Source of the DNA: Malacoraja senta
Lineage: Eukaryota
Direction: 5' to 3'
Assembly: GCA_038087875.1 (NCBI GenBank)
Contig: CM075992.1
Coordinates: forward strand, 9,798,001-9,862,000
Length of the DNA: 64,000 nt
Shown: positions 35,408 to 46,990 of the stretch, piece after piece
How the letters are laid out: each line of letters begins with the position of its first letter
Numbering within the stretch: the stretch's first letter is position 1
Notes under the pieces: generated by a model
Told to the model about the DNA's origin: nothing
Database searches by the model: none
What the model saw: only the letters and a program-made list of their open reading frames with translations
Translations under genes and position numbers: made by a program

Positions 35408-37885
35408 CTCAAAAGACCCCCAAACACAAGTTTGCGATCAAGGGTGTTGAGCTGTTTCGATCGCGAGTGCAGAAATCGGGCCCACAGTGCAGTTTTTGCA
35501 TTGATTTTCGGCACTTCGTCAGTCGGAGTGGATCGATCATTCGCGGGCTTGGGAAAGGGTCTAATCGAGATCATTAGAACAGAGTCTAGCAAGAACGGGG
35601 GAGTGGTTAGCACGCCTTTGGGTTAGGGGCCCGTAAAACCAGGGTGGGGTTAGAGGCCCTGCTGGGGTTGGGTTTCATTTCCTGGGTTAGAGGCCCAAAA
35701 CTTTGGTCGCAGTTGGCAGACTGCAGCTGATTTAACGAGAGCCAAACGCGCTTCATCGGGTGAGGAGTGGCCCATGGTTAGACTTGGTATCCAATTGGTG
35801 GGGTATTAAAATACAGGTCTGGCCTTCGATCGGATCTGTGCTGGGAGCGTGAAAAGGTGCACTCTGAAAATCGGCATCGATAACTCACAGCGCGAAGCGG
35901 CTAAGCGCTGGATCCTCGGTGCCCAGCCAAGAGGACTGTCTGCGTGAAAGTATCTGAGTCTCTCCCTGAAGTGATGGACGAAGAACCTTGTAAAGGTACT
36001 GGGATTGGATGGACAGAGTACAGCTTGGCCGGAATACTCTAGTCCGTTCAAGAATTCAACTGGGCATTTTTAGTTTGATTCGAGAGGCCGCGTAGTAGAA
36101 GAGATACGCACTGAAATTAGGAGTTGGAGTTCGAGTCTATATTTACAAAGCCAAATTTTCAAACACTGAATTTCATATTGAAGTTCTGCCAGTAAGGTGG
36201 AATTCGAATTCCTGTATATAGAACTTTGGAGTTGGTGCATGTCCGTGATTGATTCCGAATAGCGGCTAATCAACAGTGAATAGTAACCCTCTGGGCAATT
36301 GTTGACTAGAACCTGATAGTGAAGAGTAACTGAGAGATGGGAACCTGGTTTACTTGATGAAAAGTACTCCGAATAGCGAAGGGTACCCCTAATTCTGTCG
36401 AACTGGAGAGGAGAGATAGAGGTCCCCCTATAGAAGTCCAGTCCCCCTAGAGGTCCCCCTATAGAAGTCCAGTCTTAGCAGAGGGATAGTAACATTCGGG
36501 AGGAAAAGTAGTCAATTAAGGAGTTGTACCCCTCAGCAAAGAGTAAACTAGGAAGGGGAAAATCTTTGGTATCAGAGGGAGAGGTTCACTGCGTGATAAC
36601 AGCGTGACGCGGCGTCGAGATCGGGTGTTCGTGAACTGTGCGCTAGTGCTTTAAATCATTTTGTAAATTGTAAAAATCTAGCTTTTCGTATTGCCATAGT
36701 ATCCGGATTTTGTAAATATTCTATGTATGTAAATAAACTTAGAGTATATTAAGAATTAAAAGTTAAGATTCAGATCGTGTTAAGTCCGCGGACCATCATT
36801 TGTGTTGCTGCTTGTGCGAGTGTTTACGGATTTAGAAACTTGAAGTAAGAGTGTGTTTGAGGTAAATATTTATATTTGTTTAAGATCGTTTTGTAAGAAT
36901 CTGAATCGGGGTAGTTCGATCAGGGGTTGTACTCCTTCGATCGCTGTGTCAGGGGAGGAGTCATCCCGCTGATTGATTGTGCCACGAGGAAGATTAATTA
37001 GAGTGGGGTTTACTGGATGCTGACAGTTTATATTGGGGTGTGTTTTGGGTTATTGATAATCAGGGGAATATTTTCATTCTTAATTATAGTTTAGTAAGCT
37101 TGGTACGGATTTGTCTGTCTGTGCAAACTTACAGTGGATTAAGTGAGAGAGAGATTGCTGCGTGAGAGACTGCGATTGAGAGTTAGACTTGGAGTGAGAT
37201 CCTTTGTTTGAAAGTCTGGAATTGAATGCAGTGATTGTGATTTAACCGATAAGAGAGTTGGGAGAGAGACTGAATACGAGCGAGTGGTTTGAATAATTGA
37301 ATAGGAATGACTGGGAAACAGTTGAAAGGGAGCGATTGCTAGAGTAAGTGTGAATCTGAAAGACCGTTGACCATTGTGTGGGAGAGATCCCATTGACCTT
37401 GGAGTCTGAAAGGAAGGAGTGATTGGAAGAGGTGTTAGTGTCTGGAACCTTTATTTTGCAATTTGTGTTGTGACCATTGTTCCGAGAATGGGGAATGTCT
37501 CTGAGAAGGACAGATCAAACAGATTAGAAAGCTCGATAAGGATAATTTGTGGGGAGCTTCCGCATGAAGTGGATACACTGAGGATTATCTGGGGAATTAA
37601 ATGCAATTTTGAAAGAAGAACTTTGGCCATTGGGTGGACTAAAATCTGTAATAGGAATAAACTATATAGAAACGATCATTAAAAAATATGGGAATAGTGA
37701 AGAAGGAAATGAGTTAATTGGGTAATGGAGAATGTTCTTCACTAAAAGAAAAATAAAGAAAGAAATTGTTTTGCTGTCCACCCTAAGAATGGCGGCTTGT
37801 AAATTAGGAATAGGAGGAGAACACGATAGGACTGATCCTTCTCGGGACATTCCTGAGCAGGGACAGGGAGAACTAGTAAGCCAAC

Positions 37886-37886
<1 letters not shown>

Positions 37887-37932
<46 letters not shown>
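37887..37932 (+). repeat. (CAGGAG)n hexamer repeat, in frame (QE)n
   Basis: seen directly. Confidence 0.9.
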
Positions 37933-37933
<1 letters not shown>

Positions 37934-38589
37934 GGAGAGTGTCATGTTTTGAAAGGGAGACTACTGAGCCGACGAAAACTAAATCTGTTAAATTCGGTAA
38001 GAGTGGAACAGGGTCTGCATATCTTGAAGGGAGAGATATTTACTATATGCCAGGGTGTACAGAATTCTTCGGAGTGGAGCTAGAGCCACAGTATTCCTCA
38101 CAGAACTCTCATGTTCCCAATTCGGAGAAACCATGCGCAGCTTGCAAGCAGGGCACATGGGAGGAATCAGCGTTATTTTAAGAAAGGCGGGAGAGAGAAA
38201 ACAGGAAGATGCTGGAGTCAATTATAAAAGATGAAATAGCCGCACATTTGGATAGCAGTAACAGGATCGGTCCAAGTCAGCATGGATTACGAAGGGGAAT
38301 CATGCTTGACTAATCTTCTGGAAATGTTTGAGGATGTAACTAGGAAAATGGACAAGGGAGAACCAGTGGATGTAGTGTACCTGGACTTTCAGAAAGCATT
38401 TGATAAGGTCCCACATAGGAGATTAGAGGGGCAAAATTGGGGCGCATGGTATTGGGGGTAGAGTGCTGACATGGATAGAAAATTGGTTGGCAGACAGGAA
38501 ACAAAGAGTAGGGATTAACGGGTCCCTTTCAGAATGGCAGGCAGGTAGTGGGGTACTGCAAGGCTCGGTGCTGGGACCGCAGCTATTTA

Positions 38590-39380
38590 GAATAGAATAG
38601 AATGCCTTTAATTGTCATTCAAACAGCTTGGTTTGACCAAAATTGCATTTTCTACAGTCTTAACAATTACAAAAAAAAACAAGACCCACACTTAACACAC
38701 TTTACACAAACATCCATCACAATGAATCTCCAACACCTCCTCACTGTGATGGAAGGCAAAACTCTTCCCTTGTTCTTCTCCCATGGTCCAGCAGTCCAAC
38801 TGCATTCGTCGAGGTGAACTGGGGCTCCCGATGTTAAAGCCCCCGGCAGGCGATGGTAAGTCCAGCGGCTGTTAAGCCACACCGGGCGATGTTAGGCCCC
38901 GCTCCAAGTCATTTCACCCCTCGATTCCAGCAGGAGAAGTTGCTGTTGATGGAGCTCCGAAAAGCGGTCTCCCACCAGGGACCTGCGAGCTCCCGATGTT
39001 ACCGTCCACAGGGCCCGCAGCCAGAGCCTCCGAAGCTCTGAGTCAGGTTGCAGCCGCGCGCCACCACAGCTCCTCCCGCTCCAAAGTCGGCCAGCTCCGC
39101 GATGGCAGGTCCGCAGGCTCCACGACTGGAGCCCTCAGGTTAGTTCCGGCAGGAGGCCGCCGCCGGCTTCATGATGTTAGGCCCAACGACATCGGAGACA
39201 CGACAGGGAAAAAGTCGGGTCCCCGAATGGGGAAGAGATTAACGGTTTCCCCCATCCACCCCTCACATATACACAGCTAAAAAATAATAAAAACTAGAAT
39301 CAAAAACATACACTTAACGAGACAAAAATTAAAAAAAGACAGAGGGACTGTAGTCGAGCCGCTGCCGTTAGGCGCCACCA
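38590..39380 (-). mobile_element. Non-coding GC-core retroposon nested in CR1
   Basis: GCCTTCCATCACAGTGAGGAGG tail module, (ATTCT)n end, ATTTA on both flanks. Confidence 0.65.
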
Positions 39381-39561
39381 TACCACACCATTTACCATAT
39401 ACATCAATGATTTGGATGAAGGGATTCAAAGTTAGCAAAGTAGCAAATTTGCAGACGACACAAAGCTGGGTGGCAGTGTGTACTGTGAGGAGGATGCGAT
39501 GAGAATGTAGGGTGACTTGGACAGGTTGGGGGAGTGGGCAGATGCATGGCAGATTAAGTTT

Positions 39562-39848
39562 ATGTTTTTTCTTTTTCTTTTGTCTTTTTATCTTTGCTTT
39601 TTTAAAAAACATTTATAAGTTCCCTTTTAAAGATTTAACTATATTTACATAGAGACCGGGAGGTCTATATTCATTGTGTATTTTGACACTGGTCTCATGT
39701 TAGGTTATACCTGTTATTAATGTAATCCTGATCCCTATGTATCAATACCATTGTTATGTTTATCATTATTCTTTTTGCTCTGTTTTTTATGTTTTATTTT
39801 TGTTTTTGTTTTTTGGAAAAAAAACAATAAAAAGATTTTAAAATAAAG
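39562..39848 (+). mobile_element. L1-type 3' UTR/poly(A) insert nested in CR1
   Basis: T-rich body, AATAAA plus A-rich end, flanking AAGTTTA(A)TGT duplication. Confidence 0.55.
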
Positions 39849-40987
39849 AAGTTTAATGTGGATAAATGTGAGGCTATCCACTATGGTATCAAAAACAGGA
39901 AGGCAGATTATTATCTAAATGGTGTCAAGTTGGGAAAAGGGGAAGTACAACGGGATCTGGGGGTTCTTGTTCATCAGTCTATGAAAGTAAGCATGCAGGT
40001 ACAGCAGGCAGTGAAGAAAGCGTATGGCATGTTGGCCTTTATAACAAGAGGAGTCGTGTATTGGAGCAAGGAGGTCCTTCTGCAGTTGTACAGGGCCCTA
40101 GTGAGACCACACCTGGAGTATTGTGTGCAGTTTTGGTCCCCTAATTTAAGGAAAGACATTCCTGCTATTGAGGGAGTGCAGCATAGGTTTACAAGGTTAA
40201 TTCCTGGGATGGCGGGACTGTCATATGCTGAGAGAATGGAGCGGCTGGGCTCATTGGAGTTTAGAAGGATGAGAGGGTATCTTATTGAAACATATAAGAT
40301 TGTTAGCGGTTTGGGCACGTTAGAGGCAGGAAACACGTACCCGATGTTGGGGGAGTCCAGAACCAGGGGCCACAGTTTAAGAATAAGGGTTAAGCCATTT
40401 AGAATGGAGACGAGGAAACACTTTTTCTCACAGAGAGTTGTGAGTCTGTGGAATTCTCTTCCTCAGAGGGCAGTAGAGGCCGGATCTCTGGATACTTTCA
40501 AGAGAGAGCTAGATAGGGCTCTTAAAGATAGCGGAGTCAGGGGATATGGGGAGAAGGCAGGAACGGGGTACTGATTGGGGATGATCAGCCATGATCGCAT
40601 TGAATGGCGATGGCTCAAAGGGCCGAATGTCCTACTCCTGCACCTATTGTCTATTGTCTATCTTCGGCTCCTCCTCCTAAATGTAAATCTGAAGTAGAGA
40701 CATCGTGGAGAGATCCTCTATCTCCTATGATTGCCCCACAAGTGGAGGACAGTAGGGGAAATCAAGGAGCTAGAAGGAAGACTCCATCGACATGGGTGCC
40801 AAAATTAATTCGGAACTCCAATAGCTGGAGGTTGACGGAATCTTTCTTGAAGTACCGGGATAGAACAAATTGCTTTTCAGAGGGTGAGATAGGAGGGGAG
40901 GAAAATATGGATGGATTGATCCGGACATGGATAATATCATTATGTCAGAGTGATTCACCGATGATGGGATTTAGAATGGACAGTATG

Positions 40988-41079
40988 TTTGTAAATAAAA
41001 TTTAGTTGTTGCAAGTGCTTGCTTCAGTGTTTTTACTGAAACTAGACTGGGGGGGAAGCTTAGAAATGAGCAATTTATA
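40988..41079 (+). repeat. 3' LTR remnant (poly(A) signal plus U5-like end)
   Basis: direct repeat of about 35296-35388 with roughly 5 substitutions and 2 small indels. Confidence 0.85.
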
Positions 41080-41107
41080 CCCCACATTCTTTCCAGCTTT
41101 TGCTGGA

Positions 41108-41452
41108 TAGTTTAGTTTAGAGATACAGCGCGGTTACAGGCCCATCGGCCCTCCGAGTCCATATCGACCTGCGATCCACGCACATTACCATATGCCTACA
41201 CACATGAGTGACAATTTACACTTACGGTCAATTTAAAGTGATACCAAGCACACAAACCCAAGCCAATTTACCTACAAACCTGTACGTCCTTGGAGTGTGG
41301 GAGGATACCAAAGATCTCGGAGAAAACCCACGCGGTCATGGGGAGAATGTACAAACTCCGTACAGACAGCACCTGTAGTCAGGATCGAACCCGGGTCTGT
41401 GGGTCTGCAAGTGCAGGAAGGCAGCAACTCTACCGTTATGCCACCGTGCCAC
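41108..41452 (-). mobile_element. HE1/V-SINE-like SINE
   Basis: reverse-complement SINE motifs. Confidence 0.8.
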
Positions 41453-42256
41453 CCATACCGTCCTCCTATATTATTATCATTCAGATGAAGGTTCCCGACC
41501 CGAAACATCACCTATCCATGTTCTCCAGAGATGCTGCCTCACCCTCCCCAATCTTTGCACATCCCAAATCCTGGACTTTCCACTCATCACTTTAATTTCA
41601 TGTTCCATGTATCTTCTTGTGTTTTATGGCTATTGGCAGACCAATTTCCCTCCTGGGATAAATAAAGTTTGATTGTATCATATTGTATCATATGGTATCG
41701 TATCTGGGGCTTATAACACGCCAGGTGCAGGGCCAAGTGGCCTGCCAGTTGGGTTTATGGACACTTGTTGCTGGGCCTCTGGTCCTGGAATTGGGATCAA
41801 TGGCAACTTTGAGCCTCTGGTCCTGGAGTGATGCAGACTGGTCTCTCAGCCGTTTGAGCCAATGGGCAAATGGAACGAGCTTGGATGGGGCATCTTGGTC
41901 AGCATGGATGAATGTAAACACAATAAGCTGGAGTAACTCAGCGGGACAGGCAATATCACTGAAGAAGGGTCGTGACCCGAAATGTCACCCATTCCTTCTC
42001 TGCAGAGGTGCTGCTTGTCCTCCTGAGTTACTCCAGCTTTTTGTGTCTATCTTCAGTTTAAACCAGCATCTGCAGTTTCTTCCTGCACAAATAGTCTGAA
42101 GGGGTTGTTTCCATACTGAATGGTTCTATGATTCAATGACCTGTTCTACTCATGTATGGTTTGATTGCACTCATCATGTATTGTATTATTTACCTGGATT
42201 GCACGCAAACAAAGTTGTTCTCTGTATAATAAATGACTACCAGATGTGGGTGGTAT

Positions 42257-42570
42257 AGTTTAGTTTAGTTTAGTTTAGTTTAGAGATACAGTGCAGAAAC
42301 AGGCCCCTCGGCCACCGAGTCCGCCCCTACCAGTGATCCCCGCTCACGGACACTATCCCACACACACGAGGGATAAATTTACCAAGCCAATTAACCTACA
42401 AACCTGTACGCCTTTGGAGGGTGGGAGGAAACCGGAGAACACGGAGAAAAACCCAGCACGTCAAGGGGAGAATGTACAAACTCCGTACAGTCAGCACCCA
42501 TAGTCAGGATAGAACCCGGGTCTCTGGCACTGTGAGGCAGTAGCTGTACCGCTATGCTACCGTGCTGCCG
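42257..42570 (-). mobile_element. HE1/V-SINE-like SINE
   Basis: (AGTTT)n tail, core, head. Confidence 0.85.
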
Positions 42571-42674
42571 GTTGGTAGTCAGTAGTGTATTCTGGATTGG
42601 CAATTACACAATGGGCCAAATAAACTCCTGTGTTGTAAATATTCTGATATTCTCTGGATTGAATCAGCTGCAAT

Positions 42675-43155
42675 GAATGCAGCTGATTCGGTAACATCGG
42701 GAGCTCGCGGGTCCCTGGTGGAGACCGCTTTCGGGGCTCCCGCAACGGCAACTTCTCCCGCCCGAGTTGGGGGTTGAAGATGACCTGGAGCTGGGTCTAA
42801 CATCGCCCGGCGCGGCTTTAATGGCCGCGGGACTTCCTAGCGCTACCGGGGGCTCCAACATCCAGACCCGGAGGGCGGCCTTGCATCGCCCGGCGCGGCT
42901 TTAATGGCCGGGGGACTTATTTTCCATCGCCCGCCGGGGGCTTTGACTCTGACATCGGGAGGAGAATGGGGAGTGCAGGGAGAGATAAGACTTTGCCTTC
43001 CATCACAGTGAGGAGGAGATTCGCTGTGATGGATGTTTGTGTAAATTGTGTTGTGTCTTGGTTCTTTCTCTTGTTTGTATGACTGCAGAAACCAAATTTC
43101 GTTTGAACTTCATTTGAGGTTCAAATGACAATAAATGGTATTGTATTGTATTGTA
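42675..43155 (+). mobile_element. Non-coding GC-core retroposon, 5' truncated
   Basis: duplicated CATCGCCCGGCGCGGCTTTAATGGCCG; shared tail module; (GTATT)n end. Confidence 0.6.
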
Positions 43156-43172
43156 TGAGGTCATGTTTTGTA

Positions 43173-43430
43173 AATCATCATCATCGGCGGTCACTCGAAA
43201 CGAGTATGACTGTCCTCTCATGGAGGACGCCTGTGCGTGACTTTTGTTTAACATGGGGAGACTGGTGCAGAGACAGCCACCCCACGGTCCTTAACAGATC
43301 TGGGTCAGGATCCAGTGGCATGGAGTCCAAGACGACCGGGGACCCTTTTCTGCTGCAGCCTTCATCCACCTTCCCAGCCGTTGTGACGCTCCACTAAGGT
43401 CAGCCATCGTCCTCCGCCAGTTCCACCATT
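43173..43430 (-). mobile_element. RTE-type non-autonomous retroposon
   Basis: (GAT)n tail; resembles RTE-clade UTR-derived elements (from memory, not verified). Confidence 0.5.
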
Positions 43431-44373
43431 GAGGTCTATTTAGTAAATAGAACATAAAACAGTACAGTACAGGAACAGGCCCTTCGGTCCACAATGTCTG
43501 TGCCAAACATGATGCCAAGACCAACTCTTATTTGCCTGCACATAATCCGTACACCTCTTTTCCCTGCATATCCATGTATCTATCCAAAAACCTCCTAAAT
43601 GCTACTATCGTATCTAGCTCCACCATTACCTCTGACAGCACGTTCCAGGCACCCACCACTCTGTGTAGAAAACTTGCCCCACACATCTCCTTTAAACTTT
43701 GCCCCTCTCACCATAAAGCTCTGCCCTCTAGTGATTGATGTTTCCATCCTGAGAATAAAACATCTTCAGTAGTAACTCAGCGGGTCAGGAAGCATCGGTG
43801 AATATGTAGAGGTGCCATTTCAGGGTGGGTCCCTTCTTCAGGCATATTCTGTTCCGTCAGCATTATTCTGATCGTGCAATATGGTGACATTGAGCGAAGG
43901 TTAACGTGGAATGGGATAGTCCAGTTAATCAGTGTCTCAATCCCACTAATAGACGGTGAATGATATGCAGCATAACCGTCTGTAGAAGGGTCTCAGCCCG
44001 AAACGTCACCTGTTGCTTCTCTCCAGAGATGCTGCCTGACCCATTGAGTTACTCCAGCATTTGGTGTCTACCTGCAGCATCTGTCTCCGCTCTTTCAGTT
44101 ATTGTTGGTACAATTCCCATCAAAAATCTTGCAATTCCAATGTTGAAATATTGTAATCAATGCAGTTTCAGTAGCGGTTTTGCAGACAGAGTTCGTAAAT
44201 GACCGAGGGTAATAGATCTTTTCAGCAATAAAGTAGTTCACAGCTATCAGGGAGAGAGCACGGTTATAAGGGAAAACATTCAAAGAAAAGAAAATTGGAA
44301 GAAAGGACAAATGATATGGAGAATAATTCTTAAGCAAAGGTATAGATAACAGTGAGACTGGGTGGGCACTTAA

Positions 44374-44662
44374 CGGCATGGTGGCACAGTGGTAGAGTTG
44401 CTTTACAGCGCCAGAGGCCCGAGTTCGATTCCGGCCTATGGGCGCTGTCTGTACGGAGTTTGCACGTTCTCCCTGTGACTTTGTGAGTTTTCTCAGGATG
44501 CTCCAGTTCCCTCCCACACTCCAAAGACGTGCAGATTTGTACGTTAATTAGTTTGCAATAAATGTAAGTTGTCCCTGGTGTGCGTCGGATAAATGTTATT
44601 GTATGGGGATCGCTGGTCGGCACAGACTCGATGCGCTGTATCTCTAAAACGAAAAACCAAAA
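44374..44662 (+). mobile_element. HE1/V-SINE-like SINE
   Basis: head, core, tail. Confidence 0.75.
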
Positions 44663-45133
44663 CTTGTCAGTGATTGTATGTGAGATGCACGAGAGAGCGA
44701 CTAAAGATATGGAGAATAAATAATAATAACGAGGCTAAAATAGAGAATAATGTGGAACAAAGGTCTGGTAATGCAGTAAGTAAAGAGTACTAGTTAGACT
44801 AATAATTATTTACGCAACAGATGTGCATGCAAAGATGTGCACCTGGAAAATAACACATGAATAATACGTTATTATTATGTGTAGTACCTCGATTCACAAA
44901 CTGGAAATCTGTGGCTTTTATGCTGGCCAATCCCTGTAATGTTGCTATATTGTCACTGATGGTTGATGAATATAATGTGTTTTCATATCAAATGAATCAT
45001 ATAAGGCAGATATGGTGTTGAGATTTTGGAAACTTGCTCAGCAGAGCCAGAACTCACAACTGAACAAAGGTAGACAAAAGTGCTGGAGAAACTCAGCGGG
45101 TGAGGCAGCATCTATGGAGCGAAGGAAATAGGC

Positions 45134-45161
45134 AACGTTTCGGGCCGAAACCCTTCTTCAG
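45134..45161 (-). ncRNA. Minimal hammerhead-ribozyme-like core in a Penelope pseudo-LTR
   Basis: minus strand reads CTGAAGA-A-GGGT-TTCG-GCCC-GAAA-CGTT; stem I is weak. Confidence 0.5.
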
Positions 45162-45941
45162 ACTGATGTAGCGTGGGGAGGAGGGGGGGGGGGGGGTTGG
45201 AAGAAGAAAGGAAGAGGAGGAGCCAGAGGGCTGAGCGAGAGCTGAGAAGGGGAGGTGACAATAAGGGGTACCGGAAATTGGAGGTCAATGTTTATGCTGC
45301 TGGGGTATAAACTGCCCAAGCGAAATATGAGGTGCTGTTCCTCCACTTTCCGGTGGTGCTCACTTGGGCCATGGAGGAGGCCCAGGACAGAAAGGTCGGA
45401 TTCGGAATGGGAGGGGGAGTTGAAGTGCTGAGCCACCAGGAGATCAGGTTGGTTATTGCGGACCGAGCGGAGGTGTTCGGGGAAATGATCGCCAAGCCTA
45501 CGCTTGGTCTCACCGATGTAGATCAGCTGACATCCAGAGCAGCGGATGCAATAGATGAGGTTGGAGGAGGTGCAGGTGAACCTCTGTCGCACCTGGAATG
45601 ACTGCTTGGGTCCTTGAATGGAGTCGAGGGGGGAGGTAAAGCGACAAGTGTAGCATTGTGCGACAGAAAATGTGAGACAGACACAAAAAGCTGGAGTAAC
45701 TCAGCGGGTCAGGCAGCATCAGGTCCAGAGAAAAGGAATGGGTGACGTTTCGGGTCGAGGCCCATCTTCGGACTGAGAGTCCAGGGGAGAGGGAAACGAG
45801 AAATATGAAAAGGTACCTGGAAGAAATGAATGACAGACATGCTAAAGGAATCACAGAGGGAGAGCTGTGAGGGAGGGCTCTCCCTCAGCCCTTTGGCCCC
45901 TCCTCTTCCTTTCTTCTTCGCGCCCCCCCCACCCTACATCA

Positions 45942-45969
45942 CTGAAGAAGGGTTTTGGCCCGAAACGTT
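45942..45969 (+). ncRNA. Minimal hammerhead-ribozyme-like core in a Penelope pseudo-LTR
   Basis: CTGAAGA-A-GGGT-TTTG-GCCC-GAAA-CGTT. Confidence 0.45.
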
Positions 45970-46360
45970 GCCTATTTCCTTCGCTCCATAGATGCTGCCG
46001 CACCCGCTGAGTTTCTCCAGCACTTTTGTCTACCAAGTGTATGTTCTTACCTGTTAAAAAATGCCCAAATGGTCAATATTTGCGCTGTAAATAAATTGTG
46101 GAGGGTGACAGCGCTCTGAACCAAATGCTCTAGTATCTTTGCTCTGAACCCGAGCACCAAGGTAAGAGGCTGAAGGAGCGCATCCCTCGGGACAGCCCCC
46201 ACTCTCCCCCCGGGGTCAGCGCTGTCTGGTCACGGCCGCCCTCCACCCCGTCTCCCCCTGTGCGGCCGCACTGTCACGGGCTGTGGGTCGGCAGCGCCCA
46301 CACTCGGGGCCAGGTGGAGCGGGGCCGCGGCTCCGGGCAGCGGACACACGGGGAGGAAAA

Positions 46361-46990
46361 CCCGGCAACGTCCCCGTCAGCTGCAGCAGAGTTGGGGACA
46401 GGATGGACCTCTGCCCACCCAGAGTCACTGACCGCATTGCATCGGCACAGGCACCACGACCCCCCCCCCCCCACTGGCACCCCGAACCTCTCCCCCCGAA
46501 CACCCCTGCCCACCAAACCCCCCCAACCACCCCCCGACCCCCCCCCCCTGACCACACCCCCCCGCGACCACCTTCCCTCCCACCGACTACCCACCACCCC
46601 CCGACCACCCGGCAACGTCAGCTGCAGCAGAGTTGGGGACAGTCTGGTCCCTCTGCCCACCCAGAGTCACTGGCCACACTGCATCGGCACAGGCACCACG
46701 ACCCCCCCCCCTCACCACTGGCACCCCGAACCCCCAACCCCCAGAACACCCCTGCCCACCGAACCCCCCCAACCACCCCCGACCCCCCCCCCCCCTGACC
46801 ACCCCCCCCCCCCAACCACCTCACCTCCCACCGACCACCCCCCACCCCCCCGACCACCCGGCAATGTCAGCTGCAGCAGAGTTGGGGACAGTCTGGTCCC
46901 TCCGCCCACCCAGAGTCACTGACCGCACTGCATCGGCACCGGCATCACGACCTCCCCCACCCCCGGCCGCCCCCCTGCCCCCACCCCCAC
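46361..46990. repeat. C-rich tandem repeat, about 248-bp unit, about 2.5 copies
   Basis: CCCGGCAAYGTC...AGCTGCAGCAGAGTTGGGGACAG at 46361, 46608 and 46857. Confidence 0.85.

Larger units (their letters stand above)
38174..40659 (+). mobile_element. CR1/HER1-like LINE inserted in gag and itself interrupted twice
   Basis: [22 protein letters not shown] 39858-40574; (ATTGTCT)n tail. Confidence 0.92.
37488..40987 (+). pseudogene. gag: Retroviral gag N-terminal part (matrix and late-domain region), frameshifted and split by CR1 at about 38174-40659
   Basis: AGAATGG start, MGNVSEK; after a frameshift LSGELNAILKEELWPLGGLKS...LIG*WRMFF; resumes SSAPPPKCK after the CR1 tail. Confidence 0.6.
34232..41079 (+). 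mobile_element. Endogenous retrovirus (gamma/epsilon-like), internally deleted
   Basis: LTR TGTAAAT...ATTTACA, tRNA-Pro PBS, gag-like frame, about 90-bp repeat of the LTR end at 40988-41079. Confidence 0.8.
45069..46035 (-). mobile_element. Penelope-like element bounded by inverted pseudo-LTRs
   Basis: ORF 45158-45592 NLIYCIRCSGCQLIYIGETKRRLG; 45069-45240 is inverted at about 45880-46035. Confidence 0.9.

Noticed and set aside
34945..35613. 222-aa minus-strand ORF as a gene
   Set aside because: Antisense to the LTR and PBS, non-ATG start, no recognisable motif
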